A DNA stretch of 64,000 nt, from assembly GCA_039028615.1 (NCBI GenBank), contig JBCCHT010000028.1, positions 1-64,000 of the forward strand, given 5' to 3'. Position 1 is the stretch's first letter; every line of letters starts with the position of its first letter. The notes under the pieces are model-generated. The model worked only from the letters and a program-made list of their open reading frames with translations, ran no database searches and was not told where the DNA came from. The translations under genes and the position numbers were made by a program. The DNA is from Myxococcota bacterium (GTDB taxonomy: Bacteria; Myxococcota_A; Polyangia; Nannocystales; Nannocystaceae). Below, piece after piece: positions 36,163 to 44,473 of this stretch.

Positions 36163-38192
36163 GGCTCGATCGGCCGCACCGCCTTGAGCCCTTGCGGGCC
36201 GTCGAACAGGACCCACTGCTCGTTCCCCGTGGTGCCGAGGTCGACCGGAACGATGAAGGGCTCGAGGATGAGAAAGCTGCTCGGGCCCGTCGGGTGCATC
36301 TGCGCCTCGACGCCGTCATCGAAGGTCATGCGCAGGGTCTCGCCCTCGCGCGTGATCTCGAAGCCCTTCACCGGCAGCTGGGTGCCGGGAACGAACTCGT
36401 AGTGCCCCGCGTGGCGATCGAAAATCTCGGCATCGAGCGGCGCGACGGTGAGCTCGCGCTCCTCGTGCGCGGGCCAGCCGTAGACGTGTGCGACCGCGTT
36501 GATCACCTCGTCCGTCAGGACGCCACCGTTGTCGGAGTTGGTCATCACCACCACGCCGGAGCCCCGCTCGACGTCCAGGAGCATCTGGCTGCGGAATCCC
36601 TCGTTGCCGCCGCCGTGCCCGAAGCGCAGGTCACCCGTTCGCGGCGCGACCATGAAGCCGAGCCCGACATAGCCCGCCGCCGAGCCGGGCTGCCCCACCA
36701 TCCCCGGGCACTGGCGCAACAGGGCCGCCTGCGCCGTCTTCGGGCTCACCAGCGCGGCCTCGTCTCCACCGTGGGCCCGACGGACCTCGAGCAGCAGCTG
36801 CGCCAGATCGCTCGGTCGAGTCCAGAGCCCCGCCGCGCCCATCTCCGGGTACGTGTGCCATCGGCCCGGGATGGCCTTGCCCGTGTCGCGGTGGGCGACC
36901 GCGGCGTTGGCATGAAACCGCTTCGGCAGCGGCTGCTCGTAGGTGCTCCGTCGCATGCCGACCGGCTTCAGCACCTGCTCGGCGAGCACCTGCGGGAACG
37001 ACTTGCCGGACACGTCGGCCAGCAACAGCTGCAGGATGGTCGTGCCGCCGCCCGAGTAGCGAAACCCCTGCCCCGGCGGCTTGTCGACGCGAATCGGCTG
37101 GTTGTTGGCCGGGGCCACCCCATCGAGGATCTGCGGCACGGTGGGCACGGGTACCCCTTCGGCATAGCCGGGAAACCCGTGCACGGTCAGGCCCGCGCAG
37201 TGACTCGCGAGACCGCGAATGGTGACCGGCTGGGCCTTCGTGTGCTGGTTGTCCGGCAGCGTCCACGACTTCAGGTAGGTGTTGACGTCGGCGTCGAGAT
37301 CGAGCGTGCCCGCCTCGACCATGCGCAGCGCCGCGAGCACCGTCAGCGGCTTGCTCATCGACGCCGCCTGGAACATCGTGTCCGTGTCCACGGGGGTCGA
37401 CCCGCCCGCCTGGAGCACGCCGTAACCCGCCGCCCAGTCGATCTTGCCGCCGTGGATCACAGCGACGCTCATGCCCGGCACGTCGAGCTCGGCCATGCGC
37501 TGCTGCACCGTGCGAGGGTCCCGTGCGCCGAGGCGAATCGACGGCGTCAAGCTGGCCTCGACCAAGGCGCGCCGGGCCTCGGCGTCCGCGGCCAGCGGCT
37601 CCCCGCCGATCGATCGCGTGGAGCGAGCCAGCCCGTAGGGCTCGTTCGCCTCCAGCGCGACGGCGGTGGTGCCCGCCCCCTGAAACTCGACGACGCGCTG
37701 CTCCTCGCGAGGATCGAGATCGACCTCGAGCCACTGGTACGTCGGCTCGCCATCGGGCCGCTGCCAGCTGATGAGGCCGACGACTTCGTCTTCGCTCTGC
37801 TCGACGACACGGCAGATGGTGGCCGGCCCTGCCTCCCCCAGCCATGCCTTCAATAGCGGGAGTTGCTCTTCGAGCGGCCAACGCAGCGACATCTCCGCGG
37901 TGGCCTCGTCGCGGCTGAAGGCCGCGACGGCCTCGGGGGTCGGTGCATTGAGCAAGTCGACCACCGCGACCAGGCGCTGCGTGGCCCGGTCGTCGCGAAG
38001 CTCCGCCGCCTCGCACATGGGGCCGGTGGGCTCGGGCGTCTCGACCGTGGCCGGCGTGCTCGAAGGCTCCGCGGGCGAGCTGGGCCGGCACGACGCTGCA
38101 CCCAGCGCCACCGCGATGATGGGCCACGCACCCGCTCGTGCGACGCTCGAACGAAGCCAGAATCCACGGGTCGACAGTGGAGCGGAACGCAT
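36159..38192 (-). CDS. serine hydrolase, beta-lactamase/AmpC family lipoprotein
   Basis: SxxK (AASMSK), FRYSGGG, AAGLW, FGHGGG; lipobox AASC. Confidence 0.9.
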   Translation of the reverse strand: MRSAPLSTRGFWLRSSVARAGAWPIIAVALGAASCRPSSPAEPSSTPATVETPEPTGPMCEAAELRDDRATQRLVAVVDLLNAPTPEAVAAFSRDEATAEMSLRWPLEEQLPLLKAWLGEAGPATICRVVEQSEDEVVGLISWQRPDGEPTYQWLEVDLDPREEQRVVEFQGAGTTAVALEANEPYGLARSTRSIGGEPLAADAEARRALVEASLTPSIRLGARDPRTVQQRMAELDVPGMSVAVIHGGKIDWAAGYGVLQAGGSTPVDTDTMFQAASMSKPLTVLAALRMVEAGTLDLDADVNTYLKSWTLPDNQHTKAQPVTIRGLASHCAGLTVHGFPGYAEGVPVPTVPQILDGVAPANNQPIRVDKPPGQGFRYSGGGTTILQLLLADVSGKSFPQVLAEQVLKPVGMRRSTYEQPLPKRFHANAAVAHRDTGKAIPGRWHTYPEMGAAGLWTRPSDLAQLLLEVRRAHGGDEAALVSPKTAQAALLRQCPGMVGQPGSAAGYVGLGFMVAPRTGDLRFGHGGGNEGFRSQMLLDVERGSGVVVMTNSDNGGVLTDEVINAVAHVYGWPAHEERELTVAPLDAEIFDRHAGHYEFVPGTQLPVKGFEITREGETLRMTFDDGVEAQMHPTGPSSFLILEPFIVPVDLGTTGNEQWVLFDGPQGLKAVRPIEP

Positions 38193-38240
38193 GCCCTGAT
38201 TGTCCGAGACCGGACGCGCCGATGTCCAATACCGACGACC

Positions 38241-38891
38241 TCAGTCCCGATTCGAGGGCCGGTCCATCAGCGTGCGAATCTCCTTGGCCCACGTCCGCAG
38301 GCTCACCGGATCGTCGAGCATGGCCGCCGCGCCTCGATCGATCTGCTGCAGCTGCTCGGCCAGTCGCTGCTTGCCCAGCCGCAACCGACCCCGCACGGTG
38401 GCCTCGGGAATCCCGAGGAGCTCCGCAATCTCCCGCCCGGGCAGGTTCTCGAAGATGTTGAGCTCCAGCGCGATCTGGAAATCCAGCGGAATGTTGCGCA
38501 TCGCAGAAGCCAGCCGCCGCAGGTTGTCCTTGCGCGCCATGACCGTGGTCAGGCTGACCTCGGCGAGCGATCCCAAGCACAGCGAGTCGAAGTCGAGGGC
38601 TTCGCGCTCGCGCTTGTACTTCTTGCGAAGGTGCTGCTGGAACACCTTGAGCGCGATGCGGAAGGCAAAGCGCTCGAAAGGAACGTCACCGCGAAAACGG
38701 TCTTTGCTCTCGGTGCAGCCCAAGAAGGTCTGACCGATCAAGTCGGCCGCGTCCTCTTCGTTGGCCACCTTGTTGTGAAAGAACCGCGCGATGGGCCGGA
38801 AGTGGCGCTGAACGAGGGTGTCGCCCGCCTTGCGGTCGCCAGCCCGCCATGCGTCGAGCAGCACCCAGTCGTCTTGCTCCGTCGTGCTCAT
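38241..38891 (-). CDS. ECF RNA polymerase sigma factor
   Basis: LLDAWRAGD, ADLIGQTF, REIAELLGIPEATVRGRL. Confidence 0.9.
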   Translation of the reverse strand: MSTTEQDDWVLLDAWRAGDRKAGDTLVQRHFRPIARFFHNKVANEEDAADLIGQTFLGCTESKDRFRGDVPFERFAFRIALKVFQQHLRKKYKREREALDFDSLCLGSLAEVSLTTVMARKDNLRRLASAMRNIPLDFQIALELNIFENLPGREIAELLGIPEATVRGRLRLGKQRLAEQLQQIDRGAAAMLDDPVSLRTWAKEIRTLMDRPSNRD

Positions 38892-39016
38892 CGAGACGCC
38901 GATCGACCACCCGAGCCGACTCGCAACGAGCGTAGGCCGGCCCAATTTCGATTTGTGTGATCGATCTCGGCTGGATCGTAACATGGAACTACACCCTCCC
39001 TGCAGCATCCGCCGAC

Positions 39017-41812
39017 GTGCAGTTCGACGACCCCACGACTCGACCCACGCTGGACCCGACCTTCGATACGGGCGGTGGTTTCCATCGCGAGGTCGAGGAC
39101 GCCCTGCTGGGCAAGGTGCGCGCGCGCCTATTCGGGACCGCATCCGACCGGCCCCGCCAGCTCGGCCGCTTCCGGCTCATCGAGCGCCTCGGCTCCGGGG
39201 GCATGGGCGTGGTGTACAGCGCCTACGACGACGAGCTCGGTCGACGCGTGGCCGTGAAGCTGCTGCAGCCGGGACGTACGGCCCAGGCCGAAGGGCGAGC
39301 GCGCATCCAGCAGGAAGCCCGCGCGATGGCCCGGCTGTCCCATCCCAACGTGGTGCAGGTGTTCGAGGTCGGCGAGCTGTCGGATGGCCAGGTCTACGTG
39401 GTGATGGAGCTGGTCAACGGCCAGACCCTGTCGCAGTTCGCCAAGGCGCCGCATGCATGGAAGGAGATCCTCGAGGTCTACGTGCAGGCGGGGCGCGGGC
39501 TCATGGCCGCCCACACGGCGGGCCTGGTGCACCGCGACTTCAAGCCGGCCAACGCCATGCTCGGCGACGAGGGCCGGGTACGCGTGCTCGACTTCGGGCT
39601 CGCCCGCCGCCCCGAGATGATGGGGCCGGATTCGACCAACCCCTCCTACGACTCCGACCCGCCCCGAGAAGCACGGCTCACCTGCACGGGCATGGTGGTG
39701 GGAACCCCGGCCTATATGGCGCCCGAGGCCGCGACCGAGGGCCGGGTCGACGCCCGCAGCGATCAGTACTCGTTCTGCGTCGCGCTGTACCAGGCGCTCT
39801 ACGGGGAGCACCCGCGCTTCAACGACAACCACAACCCGAACGTCGATCCTTGGTACGGGCCCATCCACCCTGCCCCACCCGGTCACGGCGTGCCACGATC
39901 GCTTCGCCGCGCCCTGCTGCGCGGGCTCTCGCTCGAGCCCCACCGCCGCTACCCGTCCATGGCCCACCTGCTCCGCGCGCTGCGGCGCCTGGGTGAGACG
40001 CGGAGCAAGTGGCAGCTGGTCCCGGTGGGCTTGATGCTCACCGCCACCGTGGTCATCGCTGGTCGGCTCTCCGGCGATGCGAGCTGCGAAGATCAAGCCT
40101 CCCGCAGCATGGAGCAGACCTGGAACTCCACGCAGCGATCCGAGCTCGGCCTGGCCATTGAGCAGACCGCCCACCCGCAGGCCGCCCAGATCGTCGACCA
40201 GCTCTCCCCCGCCATCGACGAGCACGCCGAGCGCTGGGTCCAGGCTCGACGACAGGTCTGTGACACCCTCAGCTCGCAGCGGCACGCGGATCTCCAAGAC
40301 GACCACCGCCTGGCGTGCCTCGACGACCGCCGACGGGAGCTCGGCGTGGCGATCGATCTGTTGGCCGAGTCCGATCGCCACGGCGCGGGCCGGGCCCTCG
40401 AGGTCATCGCCGGGCTCGGCGACGTGGGCCGCTGCCTCGAGCTCGACCCCAACGTCGAGCGGCTCGCGTCCCCGCGCAGCGCCAGCCAGGCCCGCGCCAT
40501 CGACCGCGAGCGGAGCCGGCTGAGTCGCGCCGACGGGCTGGGCAAGATGGGGCGCTACGAGGACGGACGCATCCTGGCGGGCGAGGTGGCCGAGGCCGCG
40601 AAGAAGCTGAACTACCCGCCGCTACAGGCCGAAGCCGAGCGTCTCCACGGCTGGCTGACCAAGAACTCGGGCGACTACGAGACCTCGATGGAGCGCCTCG
40701 AGCGGGCGTATTTCCTCGCTCGTCGGCACCGACACGATCGGGTGGCCCGCATGGCGGCGATCGACCTGGTCTACGTCACCGGAGTGCTGCTCGAGCGCCA
40801 CGAAGACGCCGAGCGGTGGACTCGCGACGCGCGTTCGGAGCTCGACCGCAACCCCTCGCCCCCGGACGAGGCCCGCTTCCTCGTCGTGCTGGGCGGGGTG
40901 GCGGAGCGCCGCGGGGAGTTCGAGCGCGCCCGGGAGTACTTCCAGCGGACGCTGGTGCTGCACGAGAGCATGTACGGCCGGTTTCACTCCACGGTCGCCC
41001 GCTCGCTCAACAACCTGTGCCTGTCGTATGCGGGGCAGGGCCTGGTGGCCGAGGCGCGGCCCCGCTGCGAGCGAGCGCTGGAGATCTATCGCTCCGAACT
41101 CGGCCCGCATCACCCCACCGTCGCCCGAACGCTGGACGTGTTGTCGTCGCTGGCCGCGGCCGAGCACGAGCCGGGCAAGGCGTTGTTCTTCGCTCGCCGG
41201 GCGGTGACCGTCAGCGAGCAAGCGCTCGGCGCCGATCACCCGGAGACGGCGGCCTACGTCCGCTCGGTCGGCCGGCTGCTGCTCCAGGCCGATCAACCCG
41301 ACGAGGCCCGCCCGCACCTCGAAAAGGCGCTCGAGATCCAGCGCGCGACCCTGGGCGAAGAGCACCACCACCTCACCACCACGCTGATGCTGCTCGCGAC
41401 CCTCGACGTGCGCGACGGCGCCATCGACCAGGCCCGCGCCCGCTACCACACCACCATCGCCATGCTCGAGTCATCGCTGGGGCAGCAGCACACCAAGCTG
41501 CTGGCCCCGCTCATCGATCTGGCCCGACTCGAGATCGACCACGGCCGCTCCGATGCCGGCCTCGAGCACGCCACTCGGGCCCACGCCCTGATCGACCCCG
41601 AAAATCGCTACGACCGCGCGCAGACCAAGTACCTGCTGGCTCGAGCGCACTGGGCCCGCGGCTCCGAGCCCGATCGCGCCCTGGCCATGGCCGCCGACGC
41701 GGCCCGGGACTATCGCTCGTGGATGTCCACGGGCGCGGTCAGGATCTACGCGCCCTCGGGCGACCCCACGGTGGAGGAGATGGAGGCGTGGGTGAAGGCG
41801 CGGGAGGGCTGA
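39017..41812 (+). CDS. Ser/Thr protein kinase with TM helix and TPR repeats
   Basis: LGSGGMGVV, VAVK, HRDFKPAN, DFG, GTPAYMAPE; TPR units SLNNL..LGPHHP; start uncertain. Confidence 0.93.
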   Translation: MQFDDPTTRPTLDPTFDTGGGFHREVEDALLGKVRARLFGTASDRPRQLGRFRLIERLGSGGMGVVYSAYDDELGRRVAVKLLQPGRTAQAEGRARIQQEARAMARLSHPNVVQVFEVGELSDGQVYVVMELVNGQTLSQFAKAPHAWKEILEVYVQAGRGLMAAHTAGLVHRDFKPANAMLGDEGRVRVLDFGLARRPEMMGPDSTNPSYDSDPPREARLTCTGMVVGTPAYMAPEAATEGRVDARSDQYSFCVALYQALYGEHPRFNDNHNPNVDPWYGPIHPAPPGHGVPRSLRRALLRGLSLEPHRRYPSMAHLLRALRRLGETRSKWQLVPVGLMLTATVVIAGRLSGDASCEDQASRSMEQTWNSTQRSELGLAIEQTAHPQAAQIVDQLSPAIDEHAERWVQARRQVCDTLSSQRHADLQDDHRLACLDDRRRELGVAIDLLAESDRHGAGRALEVIAGLGDVGRCLELDPNVERLASPRSASQARAIDRERSRLSRADGLGKMGRYEDGRILAGEVAEAAKKLNYPPLQAEAERLHGWLTKNSGDYETSMERLERAYFLARRHRHDRVARMAAIDLVYVTGVLLERHEDAERWTRDARSELDRNPSPPDEARFLVVLGGVAERRGEFERAREYFQRTLVLHESMYGRFHSTVARSLNNLCLSYAGQGLVAEARPRCERALEIYRSELGPHHPTVARTLDVLSSLAAAEHEPGKALFFARRAVTVSEQALGADHPETAAYVRSVGRLLLQADQPDEARPHLEKALEIQRATLGEEHHHLTTTLMLLATLDVRDGAIDQARARYHTTIAMLESSLGQQHTKLLAPLIDLARLEIDHGRSDAGLEHATRAHALIDPENRYDRAQTKYLLARAHWARGSEPDRALAMAADAARDYRSWMSTGAVRIYAPSGDPTVEEMEAWVKAREG

Positions 41813-41837
41813 CCGCCCCCCCGCACGCCCGCGATCG

Positions 41838-42908
41838 TCACATGTTCTTGCGGTCCGTCACCCAGCCGGGATCCGTGCACAGGTCGCACCCGTCTCCTAT
41901 GAACAGGGCTTCGGCCTGCACGTCCCCCATCAGCTCCATGCGCAGCCACGCCGTGATCGGCCCCCGGTAGCCTCCCGCATCGCCGACCGGCTCGAAGTGG
42001 CTGGCGCCGAGCAGCTTGCCGTAGAAGGTCGGCACGTTCGACGGGCCGTAGACCAGCGACTCGACCAGGCCCGGCGAGACGATGGTGTCGCTGCCGCCCG
42101 ACATCACGAACATCGTGCCGCTCAGGCCACTCACGTTGCCCGGCGCGGGCTGGATGGGCACCACGGTGGACACTCGCGGGTCGCCCCCCGCGTTGATGCT
42201 CCCGCCCCCGCCCTGCGAGTGGCCGAGCGACCCGATCGAGTCGACATCGAGCGCCCCGTAGAATTCAGAAGCCCCGAGCGCGTTCTGGTCGATCAACCAG
42301 CTCATGCCCTCGATCATCTCCATACCCGAACCGGTCTGCGTGCTGTTGGACGCAATGACCACGAAGCCGTGGCTCGCGAGGTGCTCGAGCAACCCCGCGT
42401 AGTACTGCGGGATGGCGAAGGTCCCGTTGCCCCACGTCAGGATGGGGTGCTCGAACCCGCTGCTGGCCACGTTGGCGGGATAGTGCAGCGCAAAGGCGCC
42501 CCCCGGCCCTTCGTTGTATCGCGTGGTGACCGAAAAGGGCCCCGGCTGGTCGAAGCTGGCCACCGCGGGGAAGCCCGGGTCCGGGTCGGCCGGCGGCTCG
42601 TCATCGCCTCCCGAGTCCGCGCCGTCTCCCGGACCTGGGTCCTCGCCGCCCGTGCTGTCGCCCATCCCGTCGTCATCATCATCGTCGCCACCGAAGGTCT
42701 CGTCCGACGGCGCGTCTGCGGCCCCGGCGTCGTTGTCGTCCTCGTCCTCGTCCTCGTCCCCCGTCGGCCCCACCGAGCCCGCGGAGGCCGGACCGACCCC
42801 GGGCGTTCCCCAGGTGGTTCCCATGTCCCCTCCGGCGGCACACCCCGAGGCCAGCAACACCCCGAGAGGCCACGCCACCTGCACCTTTAAGCACTTCCGC
42901 GTCGTCAT
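41838..42908 (-). CDS. alpha/beta-hydrolase lipoprotein, cutinase/polyester-hydrolase-like
   Basis: Lipobox ASGC; WGNGT, HLASHGFVV, GHSQGG, GGSDTIV, ASHFEP. Confidence 0.85.
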   Translation of the reverse strand: MTTRKCLKVQVAWPLGVLLASGCAAGGDMGTTWGTPGVGPASAGSVGPTGDEDEDEDDNDAGAADAPSDETFGGDDDDDDGMGDSTGGEDPGPGDGADSGGDDEPPADPDPGFPAVASFDQPGPFSVTTRYNEGPGGAFALHYPANVASSGFEHPILTWGNGTFAIPQYYAGLLEHLASHGFVVIASNSTQTGSGMEMIEGMSWLIDQNALGASEFYGALDVDSIGSLGHSQGGGGSINAGGDPRVSTVVPIQPAPGNVSGLSGTMFVMSGGSDTIVSPGLVESLVYGPSNVPTFYGKLLGASHFEPVGDAGGYRGPITAWLRMELMGDVQAEALFIGDGCDLCTDPGWVTDRKNM

Positions 42909-43098
42909 GCATGCTCACAGTTACGGCCCGCGCCGCTTCGATCACGGCGTCGTCGAGGTGTTTCGGTCTGCTCGCTGACCCCGGATACACGCGGGGCTCG
43001 TTTTGCAGGGAACGGCTCGGATCACGCATCGCCGCAAACGCATCGGGGCCGATGACGAACGTCATCGACCCCGCATGGCCGCCATCCCCGGCGCGTCG

Positions 43099-44436
43099 CT
43101 AGATCGGGATGTACAGCAGCTGCGTGCCCGCCACGAGATCGGGCGTGTTGCAGTTGAACTGGAACCCGGTCGCAGAGTCCAGCTGGATCCCCGAGGTCGC
43201 CTCGGCCCCGTTGTCGGCGCTGTTGCCCGCGTTGATGGTGTCCTCGTAGCAGACGTCGATGTTGCCGGACGCCTCGTGCAGCACCACCTGGAAGCGCATC
43301 AGGTCGGACGCATCCCCCGAGAAGTTGGCGGTATCGAACTGCACCACGAAGCGCTGGTCGCCCGGCATGCCGAGCAGCTCGTAGCGCACCGCACCCGCGC
43401 CCACCGTGGGGTTCAGGTCGTCCCAGAACACGTAGAGCATGTTGGTCGAGGGCGAGGACGCGGTGGGCAGACAGCTGTTGGTCAGGCCCATCTCCGCGGG
43501 GCTGCCGAAGTGGATGGCCCCGTTGGACTGCAGCGTGATGTCCGTGTAGTCGACGCCGTAGAACGGGAACGTAAAGCCCATCGGCACGGTCGCGGCGTCG
43601 TCATCGGTGAGCCCCGCGTTGGTGCCCGTGGCACTGATGTCGTCGCACAGTGTCATGGGCAGGCTGAGCGCAAAGCCGTTGTAGCCGACGTCGCTGCCGA
43701 AGGGCACGCCCGGGATGTCGCACTCGGAGAAGTCGTAGGTGCAGCTCGGCGTGCAGCTCAGCGTGCCCCCGGTCAGGCCCAGCGAAGCGCAGTCGTTGCC
43801 GGCCAGGTCGAGGCCGTCGCAGCTCTCTGGATCTTGGGTGATGCCGTCGCCACACAGCGCGCACGCGGTGGTGTCGTAGAAGCAGTCGTCACCGCAGGTC
43901 ACCGTGCCGCCCTCGAAGCCGAGGGTGAAGCAATCGACGTCCTCGGGCACTCCTCCTTCGCACTCCTCCGCCAGATCGAGGGTCCCGTTGCCGCAGATGA
44001 AGCAGCCGAGGAGGTTGTAGTCCTCGCAGGTCAGCAGGCACCCGAGCTGTCCGCCTTCGTGGCCCAGCGACTGGCAGGTCTCGCCGTTGAGCTGCGCCAG
44101 GTCGCAGACCTCGTTGCCTTCGATGACGTTGTTGCCACAGACGGAGACCTCACCGGTCGACCCGGCGCCCGTGCTGCCTCCCGTGCTTCCGGTCGCCCCG
44201 GTCGAGCTGCCCCCGTCGGCCGCGGCCGTCGACTCGCCCGCGGAGCCCTCGTCGACCCCCGACTCGTCGGTCTGCGCGGTGGCGGGATCGGTGGTGTTGC
44301 CGTCGTCGCTGGTCAGCGGGCCGATGCCAGTGGTGGCGGTCGTCAGCCCGGTCGTGGATGGAGAAGAGTCGTCGCCGCATGCACCGAGAAACGACAACGC
44401 CAAACACACGGTAGGACAGACGATCCGGTAACCCAT
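43099..44436 (-). CDS. Cys-rich repeat lipoprotein with NIDO-like C-terminal domain
   Basis: Lipobox LGAC; CGN..EG.E.CD repeats x3; DDD..GFTFPFYG..SNG..FWDDL..FQVVL. Confidence 0.75.
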   Translation of the reverse strand: MGYRIVCPTVCLALSFLGACGDDSSPSTTGLTTATTGIGPLTSDDGNTTDPATAQTDESGVDEGSAGESTAAADGGSSTGATGSTGGSTGAGSTGEVSVCGNNVIEGNEVCDLAQLNGETCQSLGHEGGQLGCLLTCEDYNLLGCFICGNGTLDLAEECEGGVPEDVDCFTLGFEGGTVTCGDDCFYDTTACALCGDGITQDPESCDGLDLAGNDCASLGLTGGTLSCTPSCTYDFSECDIPGVPFGSDVGYNGFALSLPMTLCDDISATGTNAGLTDDDAATVPMGFTFPFYGVDYTDITLQSNGAIHFGSPAEMGLTNSCLPTASSPSTNMLYVFWDDLNPTVGAGAVRYELLGMPGDQRFVVQFDTANFSGDASDLMRFQVVLHEASGNIDVCYEDTINAGNSADNGAEATSGIQLDSATGFQFNCNTPDLVAGTQLLYIPI

Positions 44437-44473
44437 GGTCCCGACTATACACGGGCCGAGCTACGGGCTGGCA

